A DNA stretch of 50,844 nt from Armatimonadota bacterium (GTDB lineage Bacteria > Armatimonadota > UBA10988). This document shows, piece after piece, positions 1 through 12,261 of the stretch (position 1 is the first letter of the stretch; each line of letters opens with the position of its first letter). The stretch is from positions 1 through 50,844 of the forward strand of contig JACRKZ010000121.1 of NCBI GenBank assembly GCA_016235455.1, written 5' to 3'. The position numbers were made by a program, and so were the translations under genes. The notes under the pieces were generated by a model that searched no databases, had not been told where the DNA came from, and was given only the letters and a program-made list of their open reading frames with translations.

Positions 1-14
1 CCGCACGCTTTGTG

Positions 15-2573
<2,559 letters not shown>

Positions 2574-2625
2574 GCCACACATCCTTACTGCAACGCCGGA
2601 AGTCGCGAGCGACTGCCCTGATCCC

Positions 2626-2654
2626 ATTCTTCGCCTAGTGCGCCACCACGTCAA
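2626..2654 (-). promoter_or_regulatory. putative sigma70 promoter of clpC
   Basis: Minus strand TTGACG-17 nt-AAGAAT about 50 nt upstream of the ATG. Confidence 0.4.
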
Positions 2655-2780
2655 GGCGTCGTGTGTCGTGCAGGACACGCCGCGCACCAGCGCCGCACCG
2701 AGCGCGGCCGACCTCGGCTGTGCGTCCTGCGGTCGGTCGGCTGAGTGCCGCGGTGCGCCCGTGGCCCCCAATCTGACGGA

Positions 2781-2824
2781 ATGGGGACAGGTGCGCCCTC
2801 TTGGTGAGAGGCACCTGTCCCCAT
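2781..2824. repeat. intergenic inverted repeat (terminator or REP-like)
   Basis: 14-bp perfect arms ATGGGGACAGGTGC / GCACCTGTCCCCAT just downstream of ilvE. Confidence 0.75.
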
Positions 2825-2849
2825 CGACAGATAGCGCACGTCCGGCCGG

Positions 2850-3722
2850 CTAGCCGATGGGCGTACCGGTATGCGCCACGTAGTTGCGGAACAGGCCCAT
2901 AAGCTTCGCGGTGATCGCGCCTGGCTTGCCGTCACCGATAGGCCGGTCGTCGACACTGACCACGGGCACCACCTCGGCAGCGGAGCCGGTGAGGAAGAGT
3001 TCGTCCGCCGAGTAGACGAACTGCAGCGTGAAGAACTCCTCGGTCAGGGCGATCTCGCCTTCGTGGGCCAGGTCCATGACCGTGTCACGCGTGATGCCGC
3101 GCAAGATGCCCGCGGCCACCGGCGGCGTGTAGACGTGGCCATCGCGGACGACAAAGATGTTGTCGCCCGTGGCCTCGGCCACATAGCCCTGGTCGTTGAG
3201 CATCAGGCCCTCTTCGGCGCCCGCGCGATTGACCTCGATCTTGGCCAGGATGTTGTTCAGGTAGTTGAGCGACTTGATGGCCGGGTCCAGCGCGGTCGGG
3301 TTGTTGCGCCGGGTGGCGCAGGTGATGACCTTGAGCCCCTCGGTGTAGCAGCGCTCGGGATACAGGCTGATGCCCGCGGCGATGATGAAGATCGACGCCT
3401 TGGGGCACTTGCGGGGATCCAGGCCCAGATCGCCCACGCCGCGCGTAACCACCGCGCGGATGTAGCCGTCGCGGATCTCGTTGCGGCGACAGGTCTCGAG
3501 CACCGCCTCGCAGTACTCGGCCTGCGTCATGGGGATCTCGAGCATGATCGTCCGCGCCGAGTCGTACAACCGGCGGACGTGCTCTTCGAGCTTGAAGACC
3601 CGGCCGTTGTAGGCGCGGATACCCTCGAACACACCGTCGCCATACAGCAGGCCATGGTCAAACACCGAGACCTTGGCCTCTTCCTTGGGCAGGAACTGAC
3701 CATCCAGGTAGATCACCGACAT
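2850..3722 (-). CDS. ilvE: branched-chain amino acid aminotransferase (PLP fold IV)
   Basis: VSVFDHGLLYGDGVFEGIRAY, PLP lysine in IKSLNYLNNILAK, EATGDNIF, GILRGITR, LTGSAAEV. SD GGAGGGAG. Start at ATG 3722 or GTG 3725. Confidence 0.95.
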   Translation of the reverse strand: MSVIYLDGQFLPKEEAKVSVFDHGLLYGDGVFEGIRAYNGRVFKLEEHVRRLYDSARTIMLEIPMTQAEYCEAVLETCRRNEIRDGYIRAVVTRGVGDLGLDPRKCPKASIFIIAAGISLYPERCYTEGLKVITCATRRNNPTALDPAIKSLNYLNNILAKIEVNRAGAEEGLMLNDQGYVAEATGDNIFVVRDGHVYTPPVAAGILRGITRDTVMDLAHEGEIALTEEFFTLQFVYSADELFLTGSAAEVVPVVSVDDRPIGDGKPGAITAKLMGLFRNYVAHTGTPIG

Positions 3723-3758
3723 CACCTACTCCCTCCAGCTCGCTCGCTCGGCTGGGTC

Positions 3759-3787
3759 ATTCTACCCAGCGGCGAGGGGCGGGTCAA
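3759..3787 (-). promoter_or_regulatory. sigma70 promoter of ilvE with overlapping palindrome
   Basis: TTGACC-17 nt-TAGAAT. The -10 lies in the palindrome GCTGGGT-CATTCT-ACCCAGC (3751-3770). Confidence 0.6.
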
Positions 3788-3812
3788 TCAACCGCTGCGC
3801 CATCGGGCTCAA

Positions 3813-4859
3813 CTACGGAGCCGCCATGACCTGCCGCACATCGGCCAGCAACGCCGCCACGTCCTCGGGTTGCGTGTCCCAGGAGCACATGAGCCGCGCG
3901 CCGCCGGCGCCGATGAACGTGTAGAAGTGCCAGCCGAGTTGGTGCAGCGAGTCGATCGCGCGCTCGGGCAGTTGCACGAAGACGCTGTTGGCCTGGCGCG
4001 GGAAGAGGAAGCCCACGCCGTCGATCGCCCGCAGCCCGGCCTCCAACTCGGCGGCCATGGCGTTGGCGTGGCCCGCGTGGCGCAGCCAGGTGCCGTTCTC
4101 CAGCATGGTCACCCAGGGCGCCGAGAGGAAGCGCATCTTGCTGGCCAACTGGCCCGCCTGCTTGCAGCGGTAGTCGAACTCCTCGGCCAATTGGGCATCG
4201 AAGAAGACCACGGCTTCACCCAGCGCCAGACCGTTCTTGGCGCCGCCGAAGCACAGCACGTCGACGCCGACCTGCCAGGTGATCTCCTTGGGGCTGACCC
4301 CCAGCGAGGCCACGGCGTTGGCGAAGCGGGCGCCGTCCATGTGCACCCGCAGCCGGTGCTTGCGGGCCATGTGGCCCAGCGCCGCCAACTCCTCGGGCGT
4401 GTAGACCGTGCCCACCTCGGTGGCCTGGGTCAGGCTCAGCACGCGCGGCTTGGGGTAGTGGATGTCGTCGCGCTTGCGTACGATGGCCTCCACGCTGAGC
4501 GGATCGATCTTGGCGTCCTGGCCCGAGGCCAGCAGCATCTTGGTGCCGTTGGAGAAGAACTCGGGCGCGCCGCACTCGTCGGTCTCCACATGGGCCAACT
4601 CGCCGCAGATGACGCTGTGGTACGACTGGCAGAGCGCGGAGATGGCCAGCGAGTTGGCCGCCGTGCCATTGAACACGAAGAAGGCCTGCAGGTCGATCTC
4701 GAACAGGTCGCGCAGCAAGTCGCACGCGCGCTGCGTGTAGGGGTCGTCGCCGTAGCTGCGCTGGTGCCCGGCGTTGGCCGCCATCATCGCCGCCATCGCC
4801 TCGGGGCAGATGCCGGCGTAGTTATCGCTGGCGAACTGACGCGAACGCGTTGTGACCAT
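3813..4859 (-). CDS. ltaE: low-specificity L-threonine aldolase
   Basis: FASDNYAG, FNGTAANSLA, HVETDECGAPEF, HMDGARFANA, GGAKNG, LASKMRF. ATG 4859 with SD AAGGAG. Confidence 0.92.
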   Translation of the reverse strand: MVTTRSRQFASDNYAGICPEAMAAMMAANAGHQRSYGDDPYTQRACDLLRDLFEIDLQAFFVFNGTAANSLAISALCQSYHSVICGELAHVETDECGAPEFFSNGTKMLLASGQDAKIDPLSVEAIVRKRDDIHYPKPRVLSLTQATEVGTVYTPEELAALGHMARKHRLRVHMDGARFANAVASLGVSPKEITWQVGVDVLCFGGAKNGLALGEAVVFFDAQLAEEFDYRCKQAGQLASKMRFLSAPWVTMLENGTWLRHAGHANAMAAELEAGLRAIDGVGFLFPRQANSVFVQLPERAIDSLHQLGWHFYTFIGAGGARLMCSWDTQPEDVAALLADVRQVMAAP

Positions 4860-4884
4860 GGTGACAGTCTCCTTTTCAGCCCTC

Positions 4885-4978
4885 AGGGTACCCTTCCCGG
4901 CGGCGCTGTCAACGCCCTGGAGGCCACGCCAGACGGCATCGCGACCGCGTTGACGCGCCTTGGGGCCGATGGTACACT
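4885..4978. promoter_or_regulatory. divergent sigma70 promoters (ltaE / fabZ-lpx operon)
   Basis: Plus strand TTGACG(4950)-17-TACACT with extended TG. Minus strand TTGACA(4912)-16-TACCCT. Confidence 0.6.
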
Positions 4979-5012
4979 GCCCCGCGGGCACGGCCCGGAA
5001 ACGCACGGCATC

Positions 5013-5513
5013 ATGGCACCACCCCTCTTTCCGAACCCCGAAATCACAGACCAGTACCAAGGGCGCACCCTAGATATCGAGGCGATCCAGCTGCTGCTGC
5101 CACATCGGCCGCCGTTCCTCATGCTTGACCGGGTGATCGAGCTCGATCCCGCCAAGTCCGCCGTGGGCATCAAGTGCGTGACCATGAACGAGTGGTTCTT
5201 CGTGGGCCACTACCCCGAGTTCCCGGTGATGCCGGGCGTGCTCATTCTGGAAGCGCTGGCCCAGTTGGCCGGCGTGGTGGTCATGACCGGCATGGAACGC
5301 GGCGCCTGGGTGCCGCTGTTCACGGGTGTGGAGAAAGCCAAGTTCCGGCGACCGGTGCGGCCGGGCGACGTGCTGCGGCTCGAGGTGACCATTCTCTCGG
5401 TCAAGCCGCGGTTTGGCCGCCTGATGTCCGAGATGAACATGCGCGCGCTGGTGGACGGCCAACTGGTGACCGAAGCCACCTGCTCCTTTGCTTTGGTAAA
5501 CCGCGAGCAGTAG
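5013..5513 (+). CDS. fabZ: 3-hydroxyacyl-ACP dehydratase FabZ
   Basis: LLPHRPPFLMLDRV, NEWFFVGHYPEFPVMPGVLILEALAQ, KFRRPVRPGD. This is the C-terminal part of the 2871..5513 track ORF. Confidence 0.93.
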   Translation: MAPPLFPNPEITDQYQGRTLDIEAIQLLLPHRPPFLMLDRVIELDPAKSAVGIKCVTMNEWFFVGHYPEFPVMPGVLILEALAQLAGVVVMTGMERGAWVPLFTGVEKAKFRRPVRPGDVLRLEVTILSVKPRFGRLMSEMNMRALVDGQLVTEATCSFALVNREQ

Positions 5514-5532
5514 AGGGAGGCCGTCCTCAACC

Positions 5533-6324
5533 ATGGTCATCATCCACCCCACCGCCCTTGTGGATCCGGCAGCCGAACTCGGCGAAGACGTTACCATCGG
5601 CCCCTTCTGCATTGTGGAGGCGGGCGTCCGGATCGGGGATCGCTGCTCGCTGGGTCCGCATGTCTTCATTCGCAGCAACACCACGCTGGGCACGGACAAC
5701 ACCGTCGACTACGGTACCGTGCTGGGCGGCGATGCTCAACACCGCGCGGCAGGCGGCAGGACCACCTTCCTCCAGATCGGCAACCACAACGTCATCCGCG
5801 AGGGCGTGACGATGCACCGCGCCAGCATCGATGGCGGGTTCACCTTGGTGGGCGATGACAACTTGTTCATGGCCTCCACCCACTTGGGTCACGACGTGGT
5901 CGTCGGCAACCACACCACGCTGGCCAACCTGGCCACCATCGGCGGCCACGTGACCATTGGCGACCGGGCCACCATCGGCGGTATGACCGCCATCCACCAG
6001 CGCGTGTCCGTGGGCGAACTGGCCATGGTCGGCGGCATGAGCGCCGTCACCAGCGACGTGCCGCCCTACAGCATGTGCAGTGGCGTGCCGGCCAAGGTGC
6101 TGGGCATCAATGTCGTCGGACTGCGGCGCAACGACTTCGATTCGGATACGCGCGCGTCCATCAAGCGTGCCATCCGCCTCATCTTCACCTCGGGCCGCAG
6201 CCGCAGCCTGGCCATCGAGGAGATTGAGCGGGACATGCCCGAGCGTTCGCCGCAACTGCAGGCCCTGCTCGACTTCGTCAGGGCAACCCAGACCGGCCAC
6301 AACGGGCGCCAACTGGAGCACTGA
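5533..6324 (+). CDS. lpxA: acyl-ACP--UDP-GlcNAc O-acyltransferase
   Basis: IHPTALVDP hexapeptide repeats, IREGVTMHR, HLGHD, GHV..GG..IHQ, GINVVGLRR. Follows fabZ. Confidence 0.93.
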   Translation: MVIIHPTALVDPAAELGEDVTIGPFCIVEAGVRIGDRCSLGPHVFIRSNTTLGTDNTVDYGTVLGGDAQHRAAGGRTTFLQIGNHNVIREGVTMHRASIDGGFTLVGDDNLFMASTHLGHDVVVGNHTTLANLATIGGHVTIGDRATIGGMTAIHQRVSVGELAMVGGMSAVTSDVPPYSMCSGVPAKVLGINVVGLRRNDFDSDTRASIKRAIRLIFTSGRSRSLAIEEIERDMPERSPQLQALLDFVRATQTGHNGRQLEH

Positions 6325-6325
6325 C

Positions 6326-8068
6326 ATGAGCACCGGCCGCCGCTTGTGGGGCTATGCCGCGGCGCTGCCCTGGCATGTGGTGTTGACTGTGCTGTCCGCG
6401 GTCCTGGCGGCCGTGTGCATGTTGGCCGTGGTCGTGTCCTGCAAGCCGCTGTTCAACATGGCCGCCCAGGCGCAAGTGGTCAGCATGGACCAGATGCGCC
6501 ACATGGCCGCACTGCTCTTGCTGTACGGCATCGGCATCGCCATTGGCGAATTCGGATACATGTACCTGTTCGACTACGTGGCGCAGTCGGTGGTCATGCG
6601 CCTGCGCGGCGACCTGTTCGCCCACCTGCAGTCGCTGCCGCTGGGCTACTTTGAGGATGCCAGCACCGGCGCGCTCGTCTCCCACGCCACCAACGACCTG
6701 GGCGTCATGCAGGCCCGCATGAACTTCGACCTGGTCAGCCTGGTGCGCCAGCCCGTGACCATCGTCGGCCTGCTCGTTTACATCGTGCTCAAGTCCTCGT
6801 GGGAACTGCTCATCGTGGCCATTCTGGTCGGCGCGGTGTTGTCGCCCGTATTGAGCTCCACTTCGCGGCTGATGAAACAGCACGCGGGCCATCTGCAAGA
6901 CCGCATGGCCGACCTGACCTCGCAGCTCACCGAGAGCCTGGGCGCGATCCGGGTGGTGCAGAGCTTCGGCGCTTCCGACCTCGAATGCCGCCGGTTCGAC
7001 GCCACCAACGCCGCCACGCGCCGCGCCATGATGCGCACGGTGCGCGTCCGCTCGGTGTTGCGGCCGGTCATCCATGTCATCATCCTGTTCGGCGTGATGG
7101 CCGTGGTCGGCGTCGGCGGCGTGCTGCTCAAGCGCGGCCGGGTCGACCTCGGCGACATCGTCGTCGTGGTCGCCACGCTGCAGATGATGTCCACCGCCTT
7201 CAAGGAGCTGGGCCGCGCCCGCCTGGCGCTCAGCGAGAGCCTCGCCGCCAGCGCCAAGGTGTTTGGCGTCATGGACACCAAGCCCGAACTGGTCGACGCG
7301 CCGGACGCGGTGACCCTGGGCACCATCGCCGGCCGCCTCGAGTTCCAGGGCGTGCACTTCCACTACAAGACCGGCGGCGACGTGCTGTGCGGCATCGACC
7401 TGACCGTCGAGCCCGGCCAGACCGTGGCAGTGGTCGGCTCCAGCGGGTCGGGCAAGACCTCGCTGGCCAACCTCATCCCTCGGCTGTACGACGTCACCGA
7501 CGGCGCGCTGCTGGTCGATGGCCACGACGTGCGCGCGGTGACACGCGCCTCGCTGCGCGCACAGATCGGTATCGTGCCGCAGCAGACGGTGCTGTTCCGC
7601 GGCACCGTGGCGGACAACATCGCCTATGGCAAGCCCGAGGCCAGCCATGAGGAGATCGAGGCCGCCGCACGCGCCGCCAACGCGCACGACTTCGTCTCCG
7701 CGCTGCCGCTCGGCTACGATACCGAGGTCGGCGAACGCGGCGCCAAGCTCTCCGGCGGCCAGGCCCAGCGCATTGCCATCGCCCGCGCCATCCTGCGTGA
7801 CCCGCGCATCCTCATCCTCGACGAGGCCACGTCGGCCCTCGATTCCGAGAGCGAGGCGCTGGTGCAGGAAGCCCTGGACCGGCTCATGCAGGGCCGCACC
7901 AGCGTGGTCATCGCGCACCGCCTGAGCACCGTGCAGAACGCGCACCGCATCGTCGTGCTGGACCACGGCCAGGTCGTCGAGAACGGCACGCCCGCCGAAC
8001 TGCTGGCGCGGCCGGACAGCGTCTACCGCCGCTTCCACGACCTGCAGACCGGCGAGGTGCCCGCGTGA
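6326..8068 (+). CDS. msbA: ABC exporter, fused TMD-NBD, MsbA-like lipid A flippase
   Basis: N-terminal TM helices, Walker A GSSGSGKT, LSGGQAQRIAIARA, LDEATSALD, IAHRLST. Lies between lpxA and waaA. Confidence 0.8.
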   Translation: MSTGRRLWGYAAALPWHVVLTVLSAVLAAVCMLAVVVSCKPLFNMAAQAQVVSMDQMRHMAALLLLYGIGIAIGEFGYMYLFDYVAQSVVMRLRGDLFAHLQSLPLGYFEDASTGALVSHATNDLGVMQARMNFDLVSLVRQPVTIVGLLVYIVLKSSWELLIVAILVGAVLSPVLSSTSRLMKQHAGHLQDRMADLTSQLTESLGAIRVVQSFGASDLECRRFDATNAATRRAMMRTVRVRSVLRPVIHVIILFGVMAVVGVGGVLLKRGRVDLGDIVVVVATLQMMSTAFKELGRARLALSESLAASAKVFGVMDTKPELVDAPDAVTLGTIAGRLEFQGVHFHYKTGGDVLCGIDLTVEPGQTVAVVGSSGSGKTSLANLIPRLYDVTDGALLVDGHDVRAVTRASLRAQIGIVPQQTVLFRGTVADNIAYGKPEASHEEIEAAARAANAHDFVSALPLGYDTEVGERGAKLSGGQAQRIAIARAILRDPRILILDEATSALDSESEALVQEALDRLMQGRTSVVIAHRLSTVQNAHRIVVLDHGQVVENGTPAELLARPDSVYRRFHDLQTGEVPA

Positions 8069-9375
8069 GCCTGGCCGCCGCGATCTACAACCTGCTCTTG
8101 CTGCTGGCCATGCCGGCGGCGGCGCTGTTCGTCTGGGCCAGGTACGTGCGCACCGGCCGCAGTCGGCTGGGCTGGAATGAGCGCTTCGGCCATCTCCCGG
8201 CCGACCTGATCGCGCTCTGCGCCGGACGCGAGGTGATCTGGGTCCATGCCGCGTCGGTCGGCGAGACCATGGCCGCCAAGCCGCTGGTGGCGCTGCTCCG
8301 GCAGCAGCGGCCGGAGGCGGTCGTGCTGCTCAGCGGGATGACCGATACCGGCCGCGCCATCGCCGAGCAGGCTGGCGCCGACGGTGTGTTCTTCCTGCCG
8401 GTCGACCTGCCGTGGGTCATCGATCGCGTCATTCGTGCTGTGCGACCACGGCTGCTGTGCCTCATCGACACCGAGCTGTGGCCCAATCTTCTCTGGCGCT
8501 GCAAGGTGCACGGCGTACGTGTCGTCCTGGCCAACGGCCGCATCGGCGAGCGCGCCTTTGCCCGCGCCAATCGGCCTGCGGCGCGCTGGGTCTACCGCTG
8601 GGCCCTGAGCCACGCCGATCGGCTGCTCATGCAGTCCACCGCGGATGCCGAGCGGATCCGTGCGCTGGGCGCCAGGCAGACCAGCATCATGGGCAACCTC
8701 AAGGGCGACGAGTCCTTCCCCGCGGTCGATGACGCGCGCCTGGCGCACTGGCAGGCCGAACTCGGGCTGGCGCCCGACCAACCGGTGCTGCTCGCCGGCA
8801 GCACCGGTCCCGGCGAGGAAGCCATCCTGCTGGACGCCTTCGCCGCGGTCCGCGCCAGGCATCCTGGCGCCCGCCTGGTGCTGGTGCCGCGCGCGGTGGA
8901 CCGCGCCGGTGAGATTGCCGACCTGGCCACCGCCGCCGGACTGACCGCGGTGCGGCGTTCGGCGCTGCCGGCTCAAGCCGCGCGGTCGCTGGCCGAGCGA
9001 GCGGTGATCATCGTCGACACCATCGGCGAGTTGGCCGAGCTGTTCGCCGTGGGCACGGTGTGCTTTGTTGGCCGAAGCCTGGTGAAGATGGGCGGCAGCA
9101 ACGTGCTGCAAGCCGCCGCGCAGGCCCGACCGGTGCTCACCGGGCCGTACGTGAGCAATGTGCGTGACAGCGTCGCCCTGCTGACCGAGGTGCAAGCCGC
9201 GGTCACCGTGAGCGATGCCGAGCAGATCGCCGCCCAGACCAGCGCCTGGCTCGACCAGCCCGAACTCGCCGCCGCGGCGGGCCGGCGCGGCCGTGACACG
9301 GTGCTGGCCAGCCGCGGCGCCACCCAGCGTTGTGTCGATGTGCTCTTGGAGCTGCTCGATGCCGGCCACGCCTGA
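8065..9375 (+). CDS. waaA: 3-deoxy-D-manno-octulosonic acid (Kdo) transferase
   Basis: IWVHAASVGE, DTELWPN, LANGRI, GNLKGD, AGSTGPGEE, DTIGEL..L, FVGRSLV..GGSN. GTGA overlap with msbA. Confidence 0.92.
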   Translation: MSLAAAIYNLLLLLAMPAAALFVWARYVRTGRSRLGWNERFGHLPADLIALCAGREVIWVHAASVGETMAAKPLVALLRQQRPEAVVLLSGMTDTGRAIAEQAGADGVFFLPVDLPWVIDRVIRAVRPRLLCLIDTELWPNLLWRCKVHGVRVVLANGRIGERAFARANRPAARWVYRWALSHADRLLMQSTADAERIRALGARQTSIMGNLKGDESFPAVDDARLAHWQAELGLAPDQPVLLAGSTGPGEEAILLDAFAAVRARHPGARLVLVPRAVDRAGEIADLATAAGLTAVRRSALPAQAARSLAERAVIIVDTIGELAELFAVGTVCFVGRSLVKMGGSNVLQAAAQARPVLTGPYVSNVRDSVALLTEVQAAVTVSDAEQIAAQTSAWLDQPELAAAAGRRGRDTVLASRGATQRCVDVLLELLDAGHA

Positions 9376-10414
9376 TCTCGAGGCCTGGTATCTGGAGACC
9401 GTCTCCGGCCAGCGCCGGGGGCTCCTCCCCTCGCTGACCCGCGGCCTGCTGGCCGCCGCCTCCTGGGGCTACTCCGTCGGCCTTCTCCTGCGGGAGCTGA
9501 CCTATCTGCTGAGGCTGGTGCGGCCGGTGCATGTGGGCGCTCATACCGTCTCCGTGGGCAACCTGACCCTCGGTGGGACCGGCAAGACACCGGCTGTCAT
9601 CCATCTCGCACGGCGGTACCAGGCGGCCGGCGGGCAGGTCGCGGTGCTCATCCGCGGGCATGGCGCGCGGAAGCTGGTCGGCTGCAATGTCGTGCACGAC
9701 GGCCGCTGCGAGCAACTCACCGTGGCCGACGCGGGTGACGAGGCCCTGCTCATCGCGCGCCTGTTGAACAATGTGCCGGTGCTGGCCGGCAAGGATCGCC
9801 GCATCACTGCACGGGAGGCGGTGACGCGGTTCGGCGCGACAGTCCTGCTGCTCGATGACGGCTTCCAGTACCGGCGACTGCACGTCGATGAGCACATCGT
9901 CCTGCTCGATGCCACGCAGCCCTTTGGCACCGGCCGGCTGTTCCCCGCCGGCACACTGCGCGACCCGGCGTCAGCCCTGCGGCGCGCGGCCGAAGTATGG
10001 ATTACGCGCGCCGACCATCCGGCCGCGGTCGACCTCGACGCCCTCACCGCCCGCGTCCACGCCCTGGCGCCGGGCGTGACGGTCAAGCGCACCTGCCATG
10101 CGCCCGCGCGCCTGACCACCGCGTCTGGCGAGTTGCCGCTCGACGCGCTGGCTGGCCAGAAGGTCGTGGCCCTGGCCGGCATTGGCAACCCGCGCGCCTT
10201 CGCCGCGACCCTGGCGAGCCTGGGGGCGGTGGTGGTGCGTGAGGCCTTCTACCCCGACCATCACCCCTACTCGCCCCAGGAACAGGCCGAGCTGGCGCGC
10301 CAGGCGGGCGAAGCTGTGGTGGTCACCACGGAGAAGGACCAGATGCGCCTCGGCGACTGGCCGGCGGACAGTGCGCCGTTGTGGGTGCTGGGCATCGAAC
10401 TGCGCTTCGTGTAG
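9359..10414 (+). CDS. lpxK: tetraacyldisaccharide 4'-kinase
   Basis: SVGNLTLGGTGKTP, GDEALL, LLDDGFQY, PAGTLRDP, AGIGNPRAF, YPDHH, TTEKD. Confidence 0.93.
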   Translation: MPATPDLEAWYLETVSGQRRGLLPSLTRGLLAAASWGYSVGLLLRELTYLLRLVRPVHVGAHTVSVGNLTLGGTGKTPAVIHLARRYQAAGGQVAVLIRGHGARKLVGCNVVHDGRCEQLTVADAGDEALLIARLLNNVPVLAGKDRRITAREAVTRFGATVLLLDDGFQYRRLHVDEHIVLLDATQPFGTGRLFPAGTLRDPASALRRAAEVWITRADHPAAVDLDALTARVHALAPGVTVKRTCHAPARLTTASGELPLDALAGQKVVALAGIGNPRAFAATLASLGAVVVREAFYPDHHPYSPQEQAELARQAGEAVVVTTEKDQMRLGDWPADSAPLWVLGIELRFV

Positions 10415-10428
10415 GCGCGGCGCCGGCA

Positions 10429-10923
10429 TCAGCCGTAGCGCTCCAACTCCGCCGCCAGCCGTTCGCGATCCCACAGCTCCACGCCACAGGTCTGCGCCAA
10501 CTGCACCGCGGCCACGGTGAAGCTGGAGTTGGTGACGACCATGGCGTAGTGGCAGCCGTGGTGCTGACGTCCAGCCACGACTTCCTGCACCGCGCCGACA
10601 CCCACGGGCTTGCTGCTGCGCTTGGCCTGCACGGCGGTGTCGTAGCCGCCATAGGAGATGATCAGGTCGCAGCCGAAATCGCCGCTGCCGCCCAACCGGC
10701 GCACCTGCCAGCCGGCGCGGCGGTAAAAGCGCTCCAGCCAGACCTCGAAGTCCTCGCCGCTCAGGGCATCGACATGGTCGAGACCGAGTTGCAGGCCGCG
10801 CCACCAGGCCCACAACCGGTCGGCGCGCGCCAGCAGCGCGGCGGCCACCACCACCGCGAGGATGGGCCACATGCGCGGCAGAGCCCAGCCCAGGTCTCGC
10901 ACGAACTCGGTCAACGCGCTCAC
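10429..10923 (-). CDS. membrane-anchored Mrr-like (Mrr_cat) PD-(D/E)xK endonuclease domain protein
   Basis: N-terminal hydrophobic helix, then LSGEDFE, GDFGCDLI, AVQAKR, VGVGAVQEV, VVTNSSFT..A..LA, LWDRERL. GTG start overlaps the MFS stop. Confidence 0.8.
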   Translation of the reverse strand: MSALTEFVRDLGWALPRMWPILAVVVAAALLARADRLWAWWRGLQLGLDHVDALSGEDFEVWLERFYRRAGWQVRRLGGSGDFGCDLIISYGGYDTAVQAKRSSKPVGVGAVQEVVAGRQHHGCHYAMVVTNSSFTVAAVQLAQTCGVELWDRERLAAELERYG

Positions 10924-12119
10924 GGCCTCACCGGCTCCCGCGCGCACAACGCCATGGCGACGCTGGCGGCCACCGCCAGGCCGGCGCCCAGGCCGAACGC
11001 GGCCAGCGGCCCGGCGGCCTGCCACAGATAGCCCATGATGAGGCTGGCCGGCAGCGCCGCGATGCCTACCACAAAGGTGTAGAGCGAGAACGCGGTGCCC
11101 TTGAGTTCCTTGCCGGCCAGGTCGGCCACCAACGCCTTCTCGGCGCCCTCGGTCAGCCCGAAGTAGAGGCCGTAGACGGCGAACAACGCCCACGCCTGCC
11201 AGGCCGCCGAGGCCAGGCCGAAGCCCAGGTAGACCAGGCCATAGACCGCCCAGCCACCGATGATCACCCGGCGTCGGCCGACGCGGTCGGAGAGGCTGCC
11301 GCCGGGCGTCGAACTGACCGCCTTGACCAGATGCAGCGCCACCCACACGATGGGGATCCAGGCCTCGCCGACGCCGAGATCCCGGGCCCGCAGCAGCAAG
11401 AAGGCATCGGAGGAGTTGCCCAGCGTGAACAGGCCGATGACCGCGACCACCACCACCAGCCGCCGGTCGAGCCCACGCCAGGCAGCGAACGAGACCGGCG
11501 GCCGGGCCACCGCGGGGCGCGGCGGATCGGGCCGGTCGCGCACCCAGCCCACCACAGCCACGGTGGCCAGCAAGCTGGGGATCGCCGCCACAGCGAACAC
11601 GGTGGACAGCTTCCAGCCGCAGCCGTGCAGCAGGCCAAACGCCACCAGCGGTCCCAGGACGGCACCGGTATGGTCCATGGCGCGCTGGTATCCAAACGCC
11701 TTGCCGCGGAGTTCGGGCTCGGTGACATCGGCGATGAGGGCGTCGCGTGGGGCGCTGCGCAGGCCCTTGCCCACACGGTCGCAGATGCGGATGACGAGCA
11801 CCTGCCAAGGTGCCGCCGCCAGCGCCATGAGCGGCCGGGTCAAGCCCGACAGGCAGTACCCGCCGACCACAAGAGGACGGCGCTTGCCCAGCTGGTCGGA
11901 CCACCAGCCCGAGACCAGTTTGAGCAGGCTGGCGACGCTCTCGGCGAATCCCTCGATGACGCCGACGAAGCCCACGCTGGCGCCCAGCGGGCCCACGAGG
12001 AACAGCGGCAGCAGCGGGTAGATGATCTCGCTGGAAAGGTCGGTGAACAGGCTGACCCAGCCCGTGGCCAGCACGGTGGGATGGAGTTGGGTACCGGCAG
12101 TGTCGTGCGGATCCGCCAC
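10920..12119 (-). CDS. MFS transporter
   Basis: WVSLFTDLSSEIIYPLLP, motif A SDQLGKRR and GSLSDRVGRR, DRVGKGLRSAPRDALIAD, about 12 TM segments. GTG 12119 with SD AGGAGG. Confidence 0.9.
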   Translation of the reverse strand: MADPHDTAGTQLHPTVLATGWVSLFTDLSSEIIYPLLPLFLVGPLGASVGFVGVIEGFAESVASLLKLVSGWWSDQLGKRRPLVVGGYCLSGLTRPLMALAAAPWQVLVIRICDRVGKGLRSAPRDALIADVTEPELRGKAFGYQRAMDHTGAVLGPLVAFGLLHGCGWKLSTVFAVAAIPSLLATVAVVGWVRDRPDPPRPAVARPPVSFAAWRGLDRRLVVVVAVIGLFTLGNSSDAFLLLRARDLGVGEAWIPIVWVALHLVKAVSSTPGGSLSDRVGRRRVIIGGWAVYGLVYLGFGLASAAWQAWALFAVYGLYFGLTEGAEKALVADLAGKELKGTAFSLYTFVVGIAALPASLIMGYLWQAAGPLAAFGLGAGLAVAASVAMALCAREPVRP

Positions 12120-12206
12120 GGGACGCCTCCTGGCCGATGCACTCAGTGTGGCCCGGACGAAGCGTCTCCGCCACTCCTGCGGTTTGGCCCAGATCTGGCG
12201 CGATTG

Positions 12207-12244
12207 GCCATGGCGCACCGCCGAGGGCGGCCGTGCGCCGTGGC
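12207..12244. terminator. GC-rich hairpin downstream of the TetR gene
   Basis: GCCATGGCGCAC ... GTGCGCCGTGGC, 12-bp arms with one mismatch. No U-tract. Confidence 0.4.
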
Positions 12245-12261
12245 GGCCCTCGTTCGGCGCG

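Noticed and set aside
2871-5012. Apparent 880-aa FabZ fusion
   Set aside because: The upstream part is antisense to ilvE and ltaE. FabZ starts at 5013 after its own promoter.
10924-12174. 581-aa extended Mrr ORF
   Set aside because: The extension is an off-frame reading of the MFS gene. The real start is GTG 10923.
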